Both the position numbers and the translations under genes were made by a program. From NCBI GenBank assembly GCA_037379345.1, contig CM074522.1:5828001-5892000 (forward strand): a stretch of 64,000 nt of DNA, read 5' to 3'. Numbering within the stretch: the stretch's first letter is position 1; every line of letters begins with the position of its first letter. Under the pieces are notes generated by a model. It was not told the DNA's origin. It saw only the letters and a program-made list of their open reading frames with translations, and made no database searches. Positions 1 through 13,300 of the stretch are shown in pieces. Source of the DNA: Perna viridis (Eukaryota).

Positions 1-82
1 ACTTATAAGCAAATATATATCAATATACCTGTAATTTTGATGGAATATACAGAACGTAAGATTTCACATTACTAATTTTCAG

Positions 83-1393
83 CTTCAAGATTGAGAAGAC
101 TGACCTAGAGACAGTAGCCACATTTGGTGGGGGTCTATGTAACCCTGGGTCCTATCCTGACAAAGAGAATTGTCTTGTGATGATAGATTTACTAGACCAA
201 GCTGTTCTTCCTTTACCTATCTGTTACCCGAATGGTAGTTACTCCTGGCCAGATAGTAAGTATATGCTTGTTAACCTTGTCTTATGATGATGGATTTACT
301 AGACCAAGCTGTTCTTCCTTTACCTATCTGTTACCCGAATGGTAGTTACTCCTGGCCAGATAGTAAGTATATGCTTGTTAACCTTGTCTTATGATGATAG
401 ATTTACTAGACCAAGCTGGTCTTCCTTTACCTATCTGTTACCCGAATGTTAGTTACTCCTGGTCAGATAGTAAGTATATGCTTGTTATCCTTTAAAACTT
501 CTGGTTGTAGGCCAAACTGTGACAAAATTTTTTAAAAAAGTCCCCCTTTTTTACATGAATGATTCTTTTTCGGACTCCTGACCTTCCACTCACAAATGTA
601 ATGAACCTTATTTGGCTTCAATGGCCTTTAAAGGGTACATGCTCTGGGATAAATGCACTTTGGATTCTCTCTTACTCCTAGTTGGCCCCACAACCAGCAA
701 AAAATGGCCAATTGATTTTTTGGTAACAGACCAATTTTTTTGCTAGGTATATTAGCTGGTTCATTTATATTCTATAACTTACTGTAATGACATTTCAGTA
801 TTGCCACATAGTAAGTACTGGTATATTGTTTATTCACATCAAAAATTGAAACAAGTGGTAGAGAGGGAATTTAATGAATTACAACTTCATTTTAATTATC
901 ATTTCTTTACAGTCAACTGGGCAACCTACTTCAGCAAAGAGGCAGTAATGGAACGACTAAAGAAGGCAGGCAAAGAGGCTGCTAAACAACTGGCTGGCAA
1001 TTTAGTTGAGGAAGCACTGAAAGCTCTAGGATTGCCTGAGGTATGTAGCAGCTAGTTTCTCAAAATTAAATCTCATTATTAATTTTTCCATCAAAAGTGA
1101 TATCATAACCTTGTCTTGCCAATTGTATCTGCATTATTATACTGAAGTCTTTCCATGTCATTTTATTCTACAGCTACATGTATTTCAAAATGATAAAGTC
1201 AGTATTGTTGACAAGAATTTCTCATTTCTTGATGTAATTTGATTTTTGAAGGATTTATTGGATGCAACAGGTCCTTGCCCAAGACCGGGCAATATGACAC
1301 TTGCCCTGCTTAAAGGAAAGCTTGAAGATGCCAGTTTATCTGTAATTGGAACAAGGACAGAACTGAATTCCAGATGGGAACTTTATGATAGGA
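83..1393 (+). CDS. Partial repeat 0: module C plus split module D containing a SAP-like motif
   Basis: Exons 83-255 (FKIEKTD...[15 protein letters not shown]), 913-1040 (INWATYFS...LGLPE) and 1252-1393 ([24 protein letters not shown]...WELYDR). Confidence 0.85.
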
Positions 1394-4300
1394 GTAAGTA
1401 TATTTCTAAGTATAAGATTTGATGTAATACATGATGAAAACATTTCGTTGGAAAAGAATTTAGACATATAATGTTGCTTGGTAATCTTTTTACTGTATGA
1501 TCCTAAATAAAAGTTTTAGTATGACAGGGGTTTATCGAGAAAGGTTACACTCTATATTTGTGACTTATAAGGTTGTCAAGCTCAATCATGTACAATGAAT
1601 AGAGTTCCCTATCTTATGATTTTGGCACAAGGTTCACGACTTTTTTGGCCATCTTACACTATTATGATTGTTGTCAAATTTCTAATGATTTGGCAAATTC
1701 TCTAAAAATTTTCTGATTTCCAGATTTTTTTTTCAGTTCTGTTCAGTTCTTTTTTTATATGACTCCGTAACGATTGCATCAATGGTCATTTCTGGTTTGA
1801 AAAAAAAACATGGTTGTAAAGAAAATAGTGATGCTTCTGCCAAGAAAAAAGCTGACCCAGTGGTCACAAAAGTTTAAGGAAGGCTATACATCCTCAATAT
1901 GGATGTTTTATGTTCAATATAATCAGCTTTTTGTGACAAAAAATAACATTACAATTTTTTATCTCAAATTACTATTCTTTTGGGTGTACCTTACTATTGT
2001 CTTTAGAGAGGGGTAGGCAAGTCTGAGTGTCTTAAGACTTTCCAAGGGAGAGCAAAATCCTGGTCACATAAGGCAGATGGTCTTTCTATGCAGGTGATGT
2101 GTTATTTTATAAAATCTGTTGAAAAGACCCAAGTGTATTGAATATACCATGTCTCTTCTAGGTTGTTATTTAGCTCTTTTAAACAAGACCTTGACACTAC
2201 CAGCGATAACCAATCCCACGATGAAAAAACACCTTTATTATTCCCTGACACCAAACTGTATGAGACTGGATGCCTGTGCAGATATTACTATCAAAGCTAT
2301 TGATTACACCAAGGCATTGAGGGCTTATGTTGAACTGGATCCCTGCCATTTTATCTTGTATGCTGGATTTGAGAAGTGGGAGAGACAATTTATACTCATA
2401 TCATATGAGTGGGGTAAGCATTTAGTGATCAGCTGTTTTTACATGGTAGCTGAATTCAGTTTTTTTCCTTTAAATTGAAAAACAATTTTTGAGTCTTATT
2501 TGAGAAAGTTGAATAATTGGATACCTGCAATAAATACAAAGGTAAGGAATGACTTACATGTACATGTATTAACAGTAGTTGTTTTTGCTTTAAAACTTTG
2601 TTAGAATTTAATTTACAATTTAAGATTGTAGTAGACATACTTCATATTTCGTATCTGTTCAGCAATTTATTTTTACAACTTTGCCAATTTTTTTGCAGGT
2701 AAAGAAGAAGTTTTAGAAATCACTCCAGACATAGTTGTCAAGTAAGTATTGTAGGGAGGAAGCGGTATGATAGAAGTGGATTATTGCCCTTTTTATAATT
2801 CACAAAAATCAAACCGAATAAAGAATGGTAATTCTTGCAATGTGCCAATTTCACACACAATCTATATATTTAAAAACTAAGACTGGTTATCTGATCAGTA
2901 AGTGTTTCTGTACAAGAAATAAAAGCGAGTTCCATCAGTTTTGGGTGAATTACCTTCTGACTGATACTTAAAAGGATATTTAATAGTAAATATAAAGGAA
3001 AGGTGACAAAAAAATTGTAGAAAAAATGTGAAAGGATGGATATAGATAAAAAAAACCAGTTTTGTAATGTACATTTTAATCTTTTAGGTTTAAGGTACAG
3101 CGAGATGCAGATGTGAAGAAAGTTTTTATTGTTGATTTTGGACTGAAGATTTGTATCTCAGGAGAATGTATCCTAGATGAGTATGTCATTACAGACTATG
3201 AAGTACCAATTCCACTGTGTAATGAGGATTTCACCCTGCCAGGTTAGAATTTAGTGCTGTAGAGAGATGGTAATACATTGTGTTGAAAGGACTTGTAATT
3301 ACCTGAATCTACTTGTTAGCTGGACTAAAGTTATCCAATGGATAAGTTTAGTTCTATTTATAAAAGTTTTCCAGCAGATAAATACTTATCTTCCAGCTGG
3401 GTTCATTTGTTCAAAACTGTTTATCCACTGGTTAAGTTAGAGATTGTACTGTTCTTTATCCAGTGGATATATCTTATGAAAAAACTGGGCTCAGCTGCTC
3501 AAGCTTTTAACAATTAATATCAGATTCTTGAATATGAAATTAATGGTATGAATTGAACTGAGTTTGATGTACTTTAATTTACTTTTGTACTTGAAACCTT
3601 TTGTGAATGTGACTCTATGGAAAATGGAAAACCAAGAACAACTTGAATACCTTGAAAACCAATAAATCTGAACTAACATATCAATACACTGGCTGCTATG
3701 ATTGAAGTACATGTATTTGATTTAGGTTCAGGTACTATTAAAGACTTTGCTGCCCAACTGGGAGGTGCCATTACTGCTGAGGCCTTTGATTTGATCCTTC
3801 GGACACTCAAACTTGATGTAAGTAATTACACATACATTTCAGGTAGTCATATTTTGGTGTGGCCTATGCACTGCATGTACGGCTTGTTTTATTGACATTT
3901 TCTCAAAGTGGGGTTGCCCCCAGAACTAGACAATCTATAGGTATTGGTAAAGCAAACAATGATAATGATATTGAAACATTTTTAAACTATTTTCAATTTT
4001 ATGTTGTATGTTGTGTGTATGTGTTTTTTCTTTGTCTGGTCTTTGTCCCTGGGTTACATTCTTTTGTTTTCTGCTAGAATCTTGGTTCCCTTGATTACTC
4101 TTTTTTCTTTCCTTGCAGACTGTGTTCATGAAAGGCCCAATTACAATTCCACCAGGACCAACAGGTAAAACATTAAAACTTGAAAACTATTAGTTTCTAA
4201 AATGGTAGATGTTGGGAAGAAATTTAACATGTAATTAACATTCCCATTGTAATGGGTATATAGAAGTTTGTTCCTGTAAAGTCCAATGATACAGACAAAA

Positions 4301-7300
4301 TAAAGAAAATAAAGATAAAAGCAAGACAGAAAACGAAGCAGCTGAAAGCAAACTGAATTTGATGAGTACTCATCAAGAGTATGCAATACTTCCGTAGCTG
4401 GTGAATGTTAGAGTAGTCCCTACAGTATCAATTACAGTTACAAAAGATACAATGACACTGACTCCACTGACAGGCTAAGAACGTTTTGATACAGACTTAA
4501 AGGGAAAGGCTACCTTTGCATTAAGTTTGGCTCTTATGATAAATCATACCCAGGTGAACAAAAATAAACAACCTTAAATACAAAATGCGCTTTTATAAAA
4601 TGCTCAAGGCTATGCAAAGTTCGAAATATATGTAAATAGCCATCGTACAGAGCTCTCCTTTCTGAAGGAAGATCATAAGCAGACTTTATTGATTTTAACT
4701 GAAAGTTTTCGATTGGCTCGTGATGTCATTAAGTCAGTTTGGTACTGATACAAGTACTGTAAATAATATGTAAACATAGAATATTCCGTAAATATTTCTC
4801 CGATCCTGTTTATCTAATCACCAAAACATGTTGTCTTGTCAAAATTACGATTGCAGGAATGATAAAAGAGAATATTCTAAAAGTTGTTGATCGGCAACAC
4901 AAACATTCTTTGGAAGTAGATTTTCCTATGACATACTAATCTTCTGGCAGTAAATCCCGGTTTTCGTCGACGTTGTCTGACATTCACTTAATGTTGTGCC
5001 TCAATCTTTTCTTCTATTAATTTTGGGTTGAAATTATAGAGGAAAAATCCCAGATTTGAGATTTTTTGGACGTCGTTATCAATTACCTATTTACTTTCAC
5101 TTTACAAACCGACTTTGTGACATCACAGCTCAACCAATCATGGTGGCGCCCATGGACGCAGGAAATTCAAATTGCCTAATTTTAAATCGTGATTAATTAA
5201 TTAAAAAAGGGAAATAATTTTGTTTCAATTTAATTTTCATGAACACTCAAAAGACTAGTTTCGATATTTATGACTTGCACAATAACATGGTCTTCTCCTT
5301 TAATGTTCATCACTGCCATCAGTAAGCGTCTTCTAGCTCAATGCAAGTTTTAGTTTTCTTTCCATCATAAAAAGTAGTCTGGTTTTAATGGTCCGTCTTT
5401 TTTTGACACTTACATATTTTTGCTGATATTTAATATACATTGTTTTTGAATCCATTTTAGACTGCCCATGGCAGATTGATGTAAAGAAGTACCTCCCTGC
5501 TTCAGTAAAACACATGGTGAACTGTGAAATGCCACAGAATTGTTTTGGATTGGACTGTGCCATTGATTTGTCCTTCAACCTTCCAGCTGCCCTTGGAGGC
5601 AGAACGATACAGTACAACATCCCATTCTGGTTCAAAATGAGTCCATGTGACTTTGAAATCGATGTTGGATTTGGAACTTTTACTTACAAGAAGACTCTGT
5701 TTGAATATGTTTGGGGTAAGAAATTTTTTTCCCCCTGTAATTCTGAAGATAACTGTTATTATTACAGTTTTCATCTTAAATTCATACTATCAATTATGTT
5801 CTACTTATTTGGTTCAGGACTTTTTATCAATTGAGATTTCTATCATTATCATTTTTGAAAATTGGATAGGGGAAAAAATAGCTTCAATTTAAACAAGGCG
5901 GCTGTAATTAAAAAGTGATTGAAAGTAAAATATGGACAGGGATCCAGTATAGCCTCGTTTATGAATAACAAATGAGGGTAGTAAGATTAAAAGGGGGATC
6001 ACTTTTATTCCAGGTGAAGAGCGTACACTTAACATTGGAGATGCTGATCCAGAAGCACCTGTACAAATCAAGTTAGTGTCATTAGTGTAGACATGTATAT
6101 ATCTATACATGTACTTTACCTTATAATTTTTGTGAATTTTGGCTGTAACCTTTTAACACTATCAAAGTTAAGGTTAAAATGGTGTGATCCAAATAAATTG
6201 AAGCTGTTCAGTGTCAACACCTAGGTGTTTTTTTATAAATGAAAAATTTAGAAATTTTGTTGATTTATTCACCATTGTTGAAGATTAATTGCAGATGTAA
6301 TACAATATCATGTTCAACTTATCAATAGAAATTCGGTAATCAGTAAGATACATGGTAACGGCCTGATTAAATGTCTGCCTTTTTAAATCTGAATTTTACT
6401 GTTATCATTTATTTAACTGTAGACTTCTGATTTTCATTGTTTTTTCTAAAATCATGTCAAAGTGATGCATAATAAAATTTCACAATTTAAAACTTAGATA
6501 CACCATTGATAAGATGGGAGGTGGACAGGGTTTCATTGTTGATTGTACTGTAAGGATTTGTTTCCCATTTGATGGCGATCCATTCTGTGTACCCATAGAG
6601 GAAGGTCTTCATTTACTAAACCAACAGGAAATACCACTTTGTTCTAGGAACATCACGCAACTGTTCAATAAAAGTAAGGAAGCTACAAATTGTTCTTGTT
6701 TGTATGGAGAAGGTTGAATTATTTTATATTTTAGAATAGAAATGGAACTTCTGGTAAAACCTGTCCATTAAACCAGATACCTTTATAAATTCCTGTCTAT
6801 TTAATCAGTATCAATAAATTTGAAACCTGCATACACCAAACACTTGCATAAACTGAACATGACCTTACTGTCTCATACAGTTTTTGTAGGTTTCACTGTA
6901 TATACTATGAAAATTAATATTGATTAGTATGCTTTGATATACATGTTATTTATGGGGTTTTTAGCCGTTAAGTTTGTTAGGACATTGTAACCCAATTTGA
7001 ATTTTATTTTACAAACTGTGAAAGAACTTTAATTTGTAGATCCCAATTTTTGTGGGTTAAGGAAGTCTTGAATTTGTGGTTTTAAGGTTTTCAGTTAACA
7101 CATCAATGATAATCTCTGTTTCGTTAGGAACCTAATTTTGTGGTTTGGCTCAACCATGAAAACCACAAAAATTAGTACTCCACAAACAATAGTACTTTCA
7201 CAGTATTTATCTTAGAAAAGCTTTAGAAGAGAACAGAACATTTTTTGGGGAGTAAAATGGTTTGCCAAAATTATACTGTGTATAATATAACTTCTCTGAA

Positions 7301-10300
7301 TTCTACTTTTATGACACTTGTTAACATTAAAAAATTTCTACTTGCATTTCAGATTTCTCAGTGACTGATATGATGAAGGATGTAGGATATGAGGCTGGGA
7401 AACAGCTGGCTAAGGGTGCTGTTCAGTACGTACTCGAACAATTTGGTTTGACAGACTTCTTTGCTGGACCCAAGTGCGACAGAAAACGTGGAATTTACAA
7501 TCCAAATATACTGGGATGGAATAATCGTTAGTAGATATTGGTCTACCTCATTGATCATGTTCATTATTGACAAACAATGAGATTTTTTACAAATTGAAAT
7601 ACAAGAACTTTCATTACTCATTGACACAGTACATACAATGGTATAATAGTATACATGCTAAATGCTGATTTTTTTATTTTTTTTTAAAGATTTGTCTAAT
7701 TTTGAATATATATGTTGAATTTCTCTTATCTTTATAGAATTAAATACATTTACATGTATAGCATTCAAATAGGGAGACTTTGAAATACATGTAATTTTGA
7801 TGTTGAGTAATATGAGGCATACTTGTAATTTTGCATCTTTGACTACATATATTTCTATTGCAGAGTGTCCAATGAGTATACTGAAGTTACCAGACATTGA
7901 CGGCCCTATGACCTGCATGATAACAGATACTTGCAGTGGTATAGATTGTTGTGGAGAAATACCATTCCTTGACCTGACAATCCATGCCTACTTCATCATA
8001 AACACTTGTGAATATAGTATTTCTTTCGGTATTAACTCCAAGGGCATGAACCTGTCCCTGTTTGAGGGAGGAATTGACAGTTATGAATGGGGTAAGTTCT
8101 TTTTTTCTTCGGATATCTATCGATGCAAAAAGATTTATTTTAAACAATGAATTGCACCATTGTTAAAAAGTAAATTTCAAATGCACAATTTTTAATTCAT
8201 GTTGTATTCAAGGGGACAAAAAGAACAAATATTGCAACTGAAGAATAAACATTTTTTTATTATTTTGAACAAGTATCTCAATTCTTTACTAATCAGCTTA
8301 ATTGCTTTTATTGTAGGAAAACCTTGGATAGTCAACATTGAAGATGTTGTGAAACTAGAGTGAGTACAAAATGACATTACAATTTTGTTTGTACTATTGT
8401 TATAGTTAGTATTCCATTGAAATAGACTTGGGGATGATTGGCGTGACTTCAATTTTATATGCCCCTTTCTCCATTCATTTATCTTTCCACATACCTACAA
8501 TATTTAAAAAAGAGAGAGAGATTTTAAAACTGTTTTCATATTGTTTGTATCATTATTACTCAACATTTATGTAGTATACATTCCATTATTAGGTTTATTT
8601 TGAAGAAACCTGCTGGACAGAAAAAGTTCATTTTAGACTTCAGTGCTCATGTTTGCTTTAATCCTGATGATGTTGACCAATGCTTGGAGTTTCCCATCAT
8701 GAAAGGAACTGAGATACCACAGCTACTCTGTGACATGACTGCAACTATGAGCTTGTCAAGTAAGTATATTGTAAACTGTGGAAAGTTTTGACATCATTTT
8801 TTTTGTTTGTTATTTTCTTCATAAGAACTGCAATTTAAAAATTAGGCTGTAACTGAAATCACAGTCAAAGAAGCCTTTCACATGATTGAAATATGATCCC
8901 TTATTTTCCAAAATCACAAAATAGATTGACTGGAAAACACATGAAATAAAAGACAGCATGACAATTACTCAAATGCAATGGTTACAAATGGTAGTCTGAT
9001 GACAATGATATCTTTTTACACATTTATAACATAAGATATGTTTTGCTAAAAGTTTGGAAAATTTATGCAATCTTTTTTAAAGAGGTATGGTTCTGAAAAA
9101 TACATATAACCAAATCAAAACTTAACTGTGAGTGTTTATACTAACTACTATTTCATCATAATATGAGAATTGTTTATTTTAGATTTCTCTGCCATTGATT
9201 GGGGAAAACAATTGGGAATAAACATTACAGATTTCAAAGGGACATTGGCTAAGAATGTAGCTCAGCTCTTAATACAACAGTTAGGTATAGATGAGTATAT
9301 GGAAGATCCTGGATGTTCCCGCAATGATGACAAGTATCAACCTAGTGTTGGCGGCTGGAAAAATAGTATGTATATTTGTAGATAATGTATGGTGGATTAA
9401 TTTGGGGGGGATGAAAAATTTGGCAATTTTAAGGCAAAAAAGAATTTTAAAAGAAATTTGTCAAATTTGGTATTGGCAGATACTTAGTGCTGCAGTAAGC
9501 ACTTTAGTTCAGAGTAAATACATTAACAGAATTTATTTTGGCGTTTTTATAGACTTCTAAAATATGCCAAATATATTGGACACATTGTCATATTCTTACT
9601 ACCATTCATCCCTTATTTTTTTCACCAAGTATATTCTCAGATATGCAGATTAAACACAGTTTCAGATTGAAATATAAAATTTCTAGTTATATATCTTGTT
9701 TAGGATATTCCTGTAAGTTGACAGCTAGCTGTCATTACCCTGTTTTTGACTTCTGGTTTAGCTTATTGAGGAATCAGATTGGAATTTCAAAAGTGGTTCT
9801 CTTATTGCATCCGGATTGTAACTGAAAAGTTTATTGTGCACTGCACTGATGCAGTGGTTGATCATTGACCACACCCAGCACCCTATTTTAATAATTGTTG
9901 ATGGGGTCTCTGTCTCTTGATTATTTACCAAAATTTGTGTTTGGTGTTGGTGAAGTTTTCACTATTTTTTGGCAAATTTCAATGAATAATCCTGAATCAG
10001 TTAATGAGATTGATATCTACCATTAAATGAATTTGCTTTGTTAACTATTATTTTATGTGGCGTAGATATATATTTATAAAACAAAAGCAATGTTTTTTTT
10101 ATTTTACAGTGTGTCCTTTGGATTTTGTGACACCACCAAACATGACATACCCAATTAACTGTTACATACCTGATTATTGTTTTGGTATTGACTGTTGTTT
10201 TCATTATGATTATCTGGATATCTCGTTAAGGACATACCTGTATGTTGACACCTGTAATTATGTCATTAGTGGTGGTATTGAGAAGTTGACTTTTGAATAT

Positions 10301-13300
10301 GAAGTTCTGAACTTTGATGACTATTGGGGTAAGTACTTGTCTCTGTATCTGTGCCTAGTTAGCTATAGGATATGCCTAAAAAATAACTTCTTAGAAGAAG
10401 TGTTCCTCCTAACGATTAATTAATTCATTAAAATGAAGCTTTAAAACTTTGAACTTTGAAAGCTATTAAAGAGCTTCCATCTACCCCTCTGTCTGTCCCT
10501 TCTGTCAATTTATCGTACTGTAACAATTGTGTGTACACTCTATAATCAAGATATATTGATGGATTTTATCAACCCAGTAAACGAAAATGACAGTTATTCA
10601 TTTATTGTTAGAGTCATAGTTCAAGGGTCAAGGTGACTAAAGAGCATGATTTTCTATGCTTCATGTTGTTTTTCTTCACATTTCCAAAACAAATCTAAAT
10701 ATTAAAAGTTTTGAATTTGCATTTATAGAATTACAAATGAATTATTCCAACATCTGCAAATCTAAATAGTATGAAAGTTTTAGCTTAGTTTTCTCTTTAG
10801 AATACATTGCTGTGCATGTGGTGACTTATATATAGTTTTATTATACACCATATATATTTTTCTTATACAGGTAAAATCATTACTATCCCACTTCAAGAAG
10901 TCATCAAAATCAAGTAAGTTTTAATTTAGCATGAATAGTAATTGAAGTGAAAATCAACAAAAATTGCCATGTTACATGAAAGCAATATTTTTTTAAATTT
11001 ATATAAGACTACATGTATTTCATAATCTGTAATGTAACACAGTAAATAATGATTGCAGGTTTTCAGTGGACAGACTTACAGAACCTGGAAACAAGAAGAA
11101 GTTGGTAGTTGACCTTGGATTACAGATTTGTCTGGACTCTACTCAGGACTGTCAAATAGAATTTTGGATCCTGAAGGGTGAAAAATTCCCACAGCCTCTC
11201 TGTGACATGAGCATGTCATGGTCCAGTGATACTGGTGAGTTACTTCCCTTTGACAAGTATGTTTGGTTTACAAGTCTGAATATAGTAATGCATAGAATTA
11301 AGCAGTAAGAAAGCAGAGATAATGAATTTTAAGCTAAATGACTTGATCTGATTAAAATAAACATAATTCAGCTCAAGTTCAAAATTTGCATTAGAACACG
11401 ACCTCCACTTAAAAAAAAAATCAATACTGGTTAGTCATTAAAAGAAACATGGAATTCCAACATTGCAGATTTTTTAAAATAGGTAAAGTCATGTCTATAA
11501 TTAAGAAAGGTGCATATCTTTCATAAAAAAACTTAATTTAGAAGAAACTTTGATGATGCAAACTACTTAAAACAGTTACTCTACATGTAAATAATTTTTT
11601 CTTTAGATACTTATTTTAATGATTTATATCATTCCAATTTAGTGGCTACTTAATTTTGCATCTAAAGTATTCTATTACAAGAAGGCTTATGTGCTGCAAT
11701 CTATTTTTATGGATTTTTATCTTGATTGTGAAATTATTGAAAAGAAATCAGTCATGCAATAAATTTTAAAGTATTGAATTTTCTTTTTTATTCCAGATTC
11801 ACTGATTGACTGGGTGAAAGACAAAGGTCTTGAGGCAGGACAATCTCTCTCTACAGCTCTGGCTAATAAACTGTTCGATGATATTGGTTTGACCCAGTTT
11901 CTGTATAATCCATCATGTGACCGATTTTCTGGTATTTATGCTGGAGCTGTCAATGGTTGGAAATCTGATGGTAAGAGAGATATTTAATTAAAAATGTCAA
12001 AATAATATGAAAACATTCTTCAACTTAGACAGCATTTTTTTTCTGATAAAAATTCTGATATATTTCTGTTAAGGGCAACAGTTGTTCTGTATTTATTTTT
12101 TAGAATTCCATACTTTTTTAACAAACTATAAATAAAATAATCTTTTCCATTCACCAACATTCCGTCCAGGATGCCACAAAACTTTTGAAATATTAAACCT
12201 TAGAATATTCAAAAATCTTATGATGTCACAAACTGTTAAGAATAAATAAATAATGAAATAAGTAAGGTGTCTCACACAGATGTTAGGACCTGGCAAATGG
12301 GGTTTGTGAATTAAAATTTCTGACAATATTGTACCCATTGGAACAGCTTGCCCACTTGCCAGTAAAATGGAGTTGCCTAAGATTAGAGGAACAGTGAGTT
12401 GCCACGTTCCGGACTATTGTACTGGTATTGACTGCTGTGTTGATGTTGGCAAGATTGGCAAGTCTTTCCGTATCTATGCCCTCTTAGATGCATGTGAATG
12501 GAAACTGAGCATTGGAATTGAGAAGAGAGCTTTCAATTTCACCATAGTGAACTACAACTGGGGTGAGTTATATGCATTAAGAGTATATTTGCTAGCCACA
12601 CAATAGTGGAAGAATGCTGCAGAGGCCATGTGTCCCTTTAGGGGATAACAGGATTGTCAAGTCATGCTTGCTGTTTACTGGCATGTATAAATGATACAAG
12701 GAAAATGTCCTAATTCTAATGGTATCTTTTTGTATTGGAGGAAGAAATTCATCCTTGTCGGTTAGTGATCAATTAATGCCAGGTAGAGACTTTTAATGAT
12801 TTTTATCCTTTTTTTAATTACTATATTTTTATCTTGGAACTGCAGTCATTTTATCTCTCTGAATCTGTCTTTGATATTATGTTTATTTTTTAACAGGACA
12901 AAAGGAATCCATGACAGTTTTACAAGTCCTAAGAATGGAGTAAGTATTATCTTAATATTGTATGCATCTTTTATACTTATTTTTGAAGAGAGAGAGAGAC
13001 AACATTGAATCTGATTTGGAAATGTGGCAACTGTTTTCATGCAAGAATTCATAGGATTAAGATTGATGTCATGCATCCGTAATTGTATAAGCATCAAGAA
13101 AATAGTGTTTCGCTTTTAGTCGTCTTTCTGAAAAATCATGCACAAGAGGACACTACAGTATTGTTTACCTGGGGTCATAGTTCACTTTAAGATTTCTGAT
13201 TGCATCAATTTAATATGAACTTCTCTTGATAGATCAATCATATTTGTTATGCAATTGCATTAGAAATTTCTTTTAAAGATTTTAATGTGTAACCATTAGT

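Noticed and set aside
628-700. TTAAAGGGTACATGCTCTGGG as the end of a Kolobok-like element
   Set aside because: No matching inverted terminus was found nearby, so it is at most a fragment.
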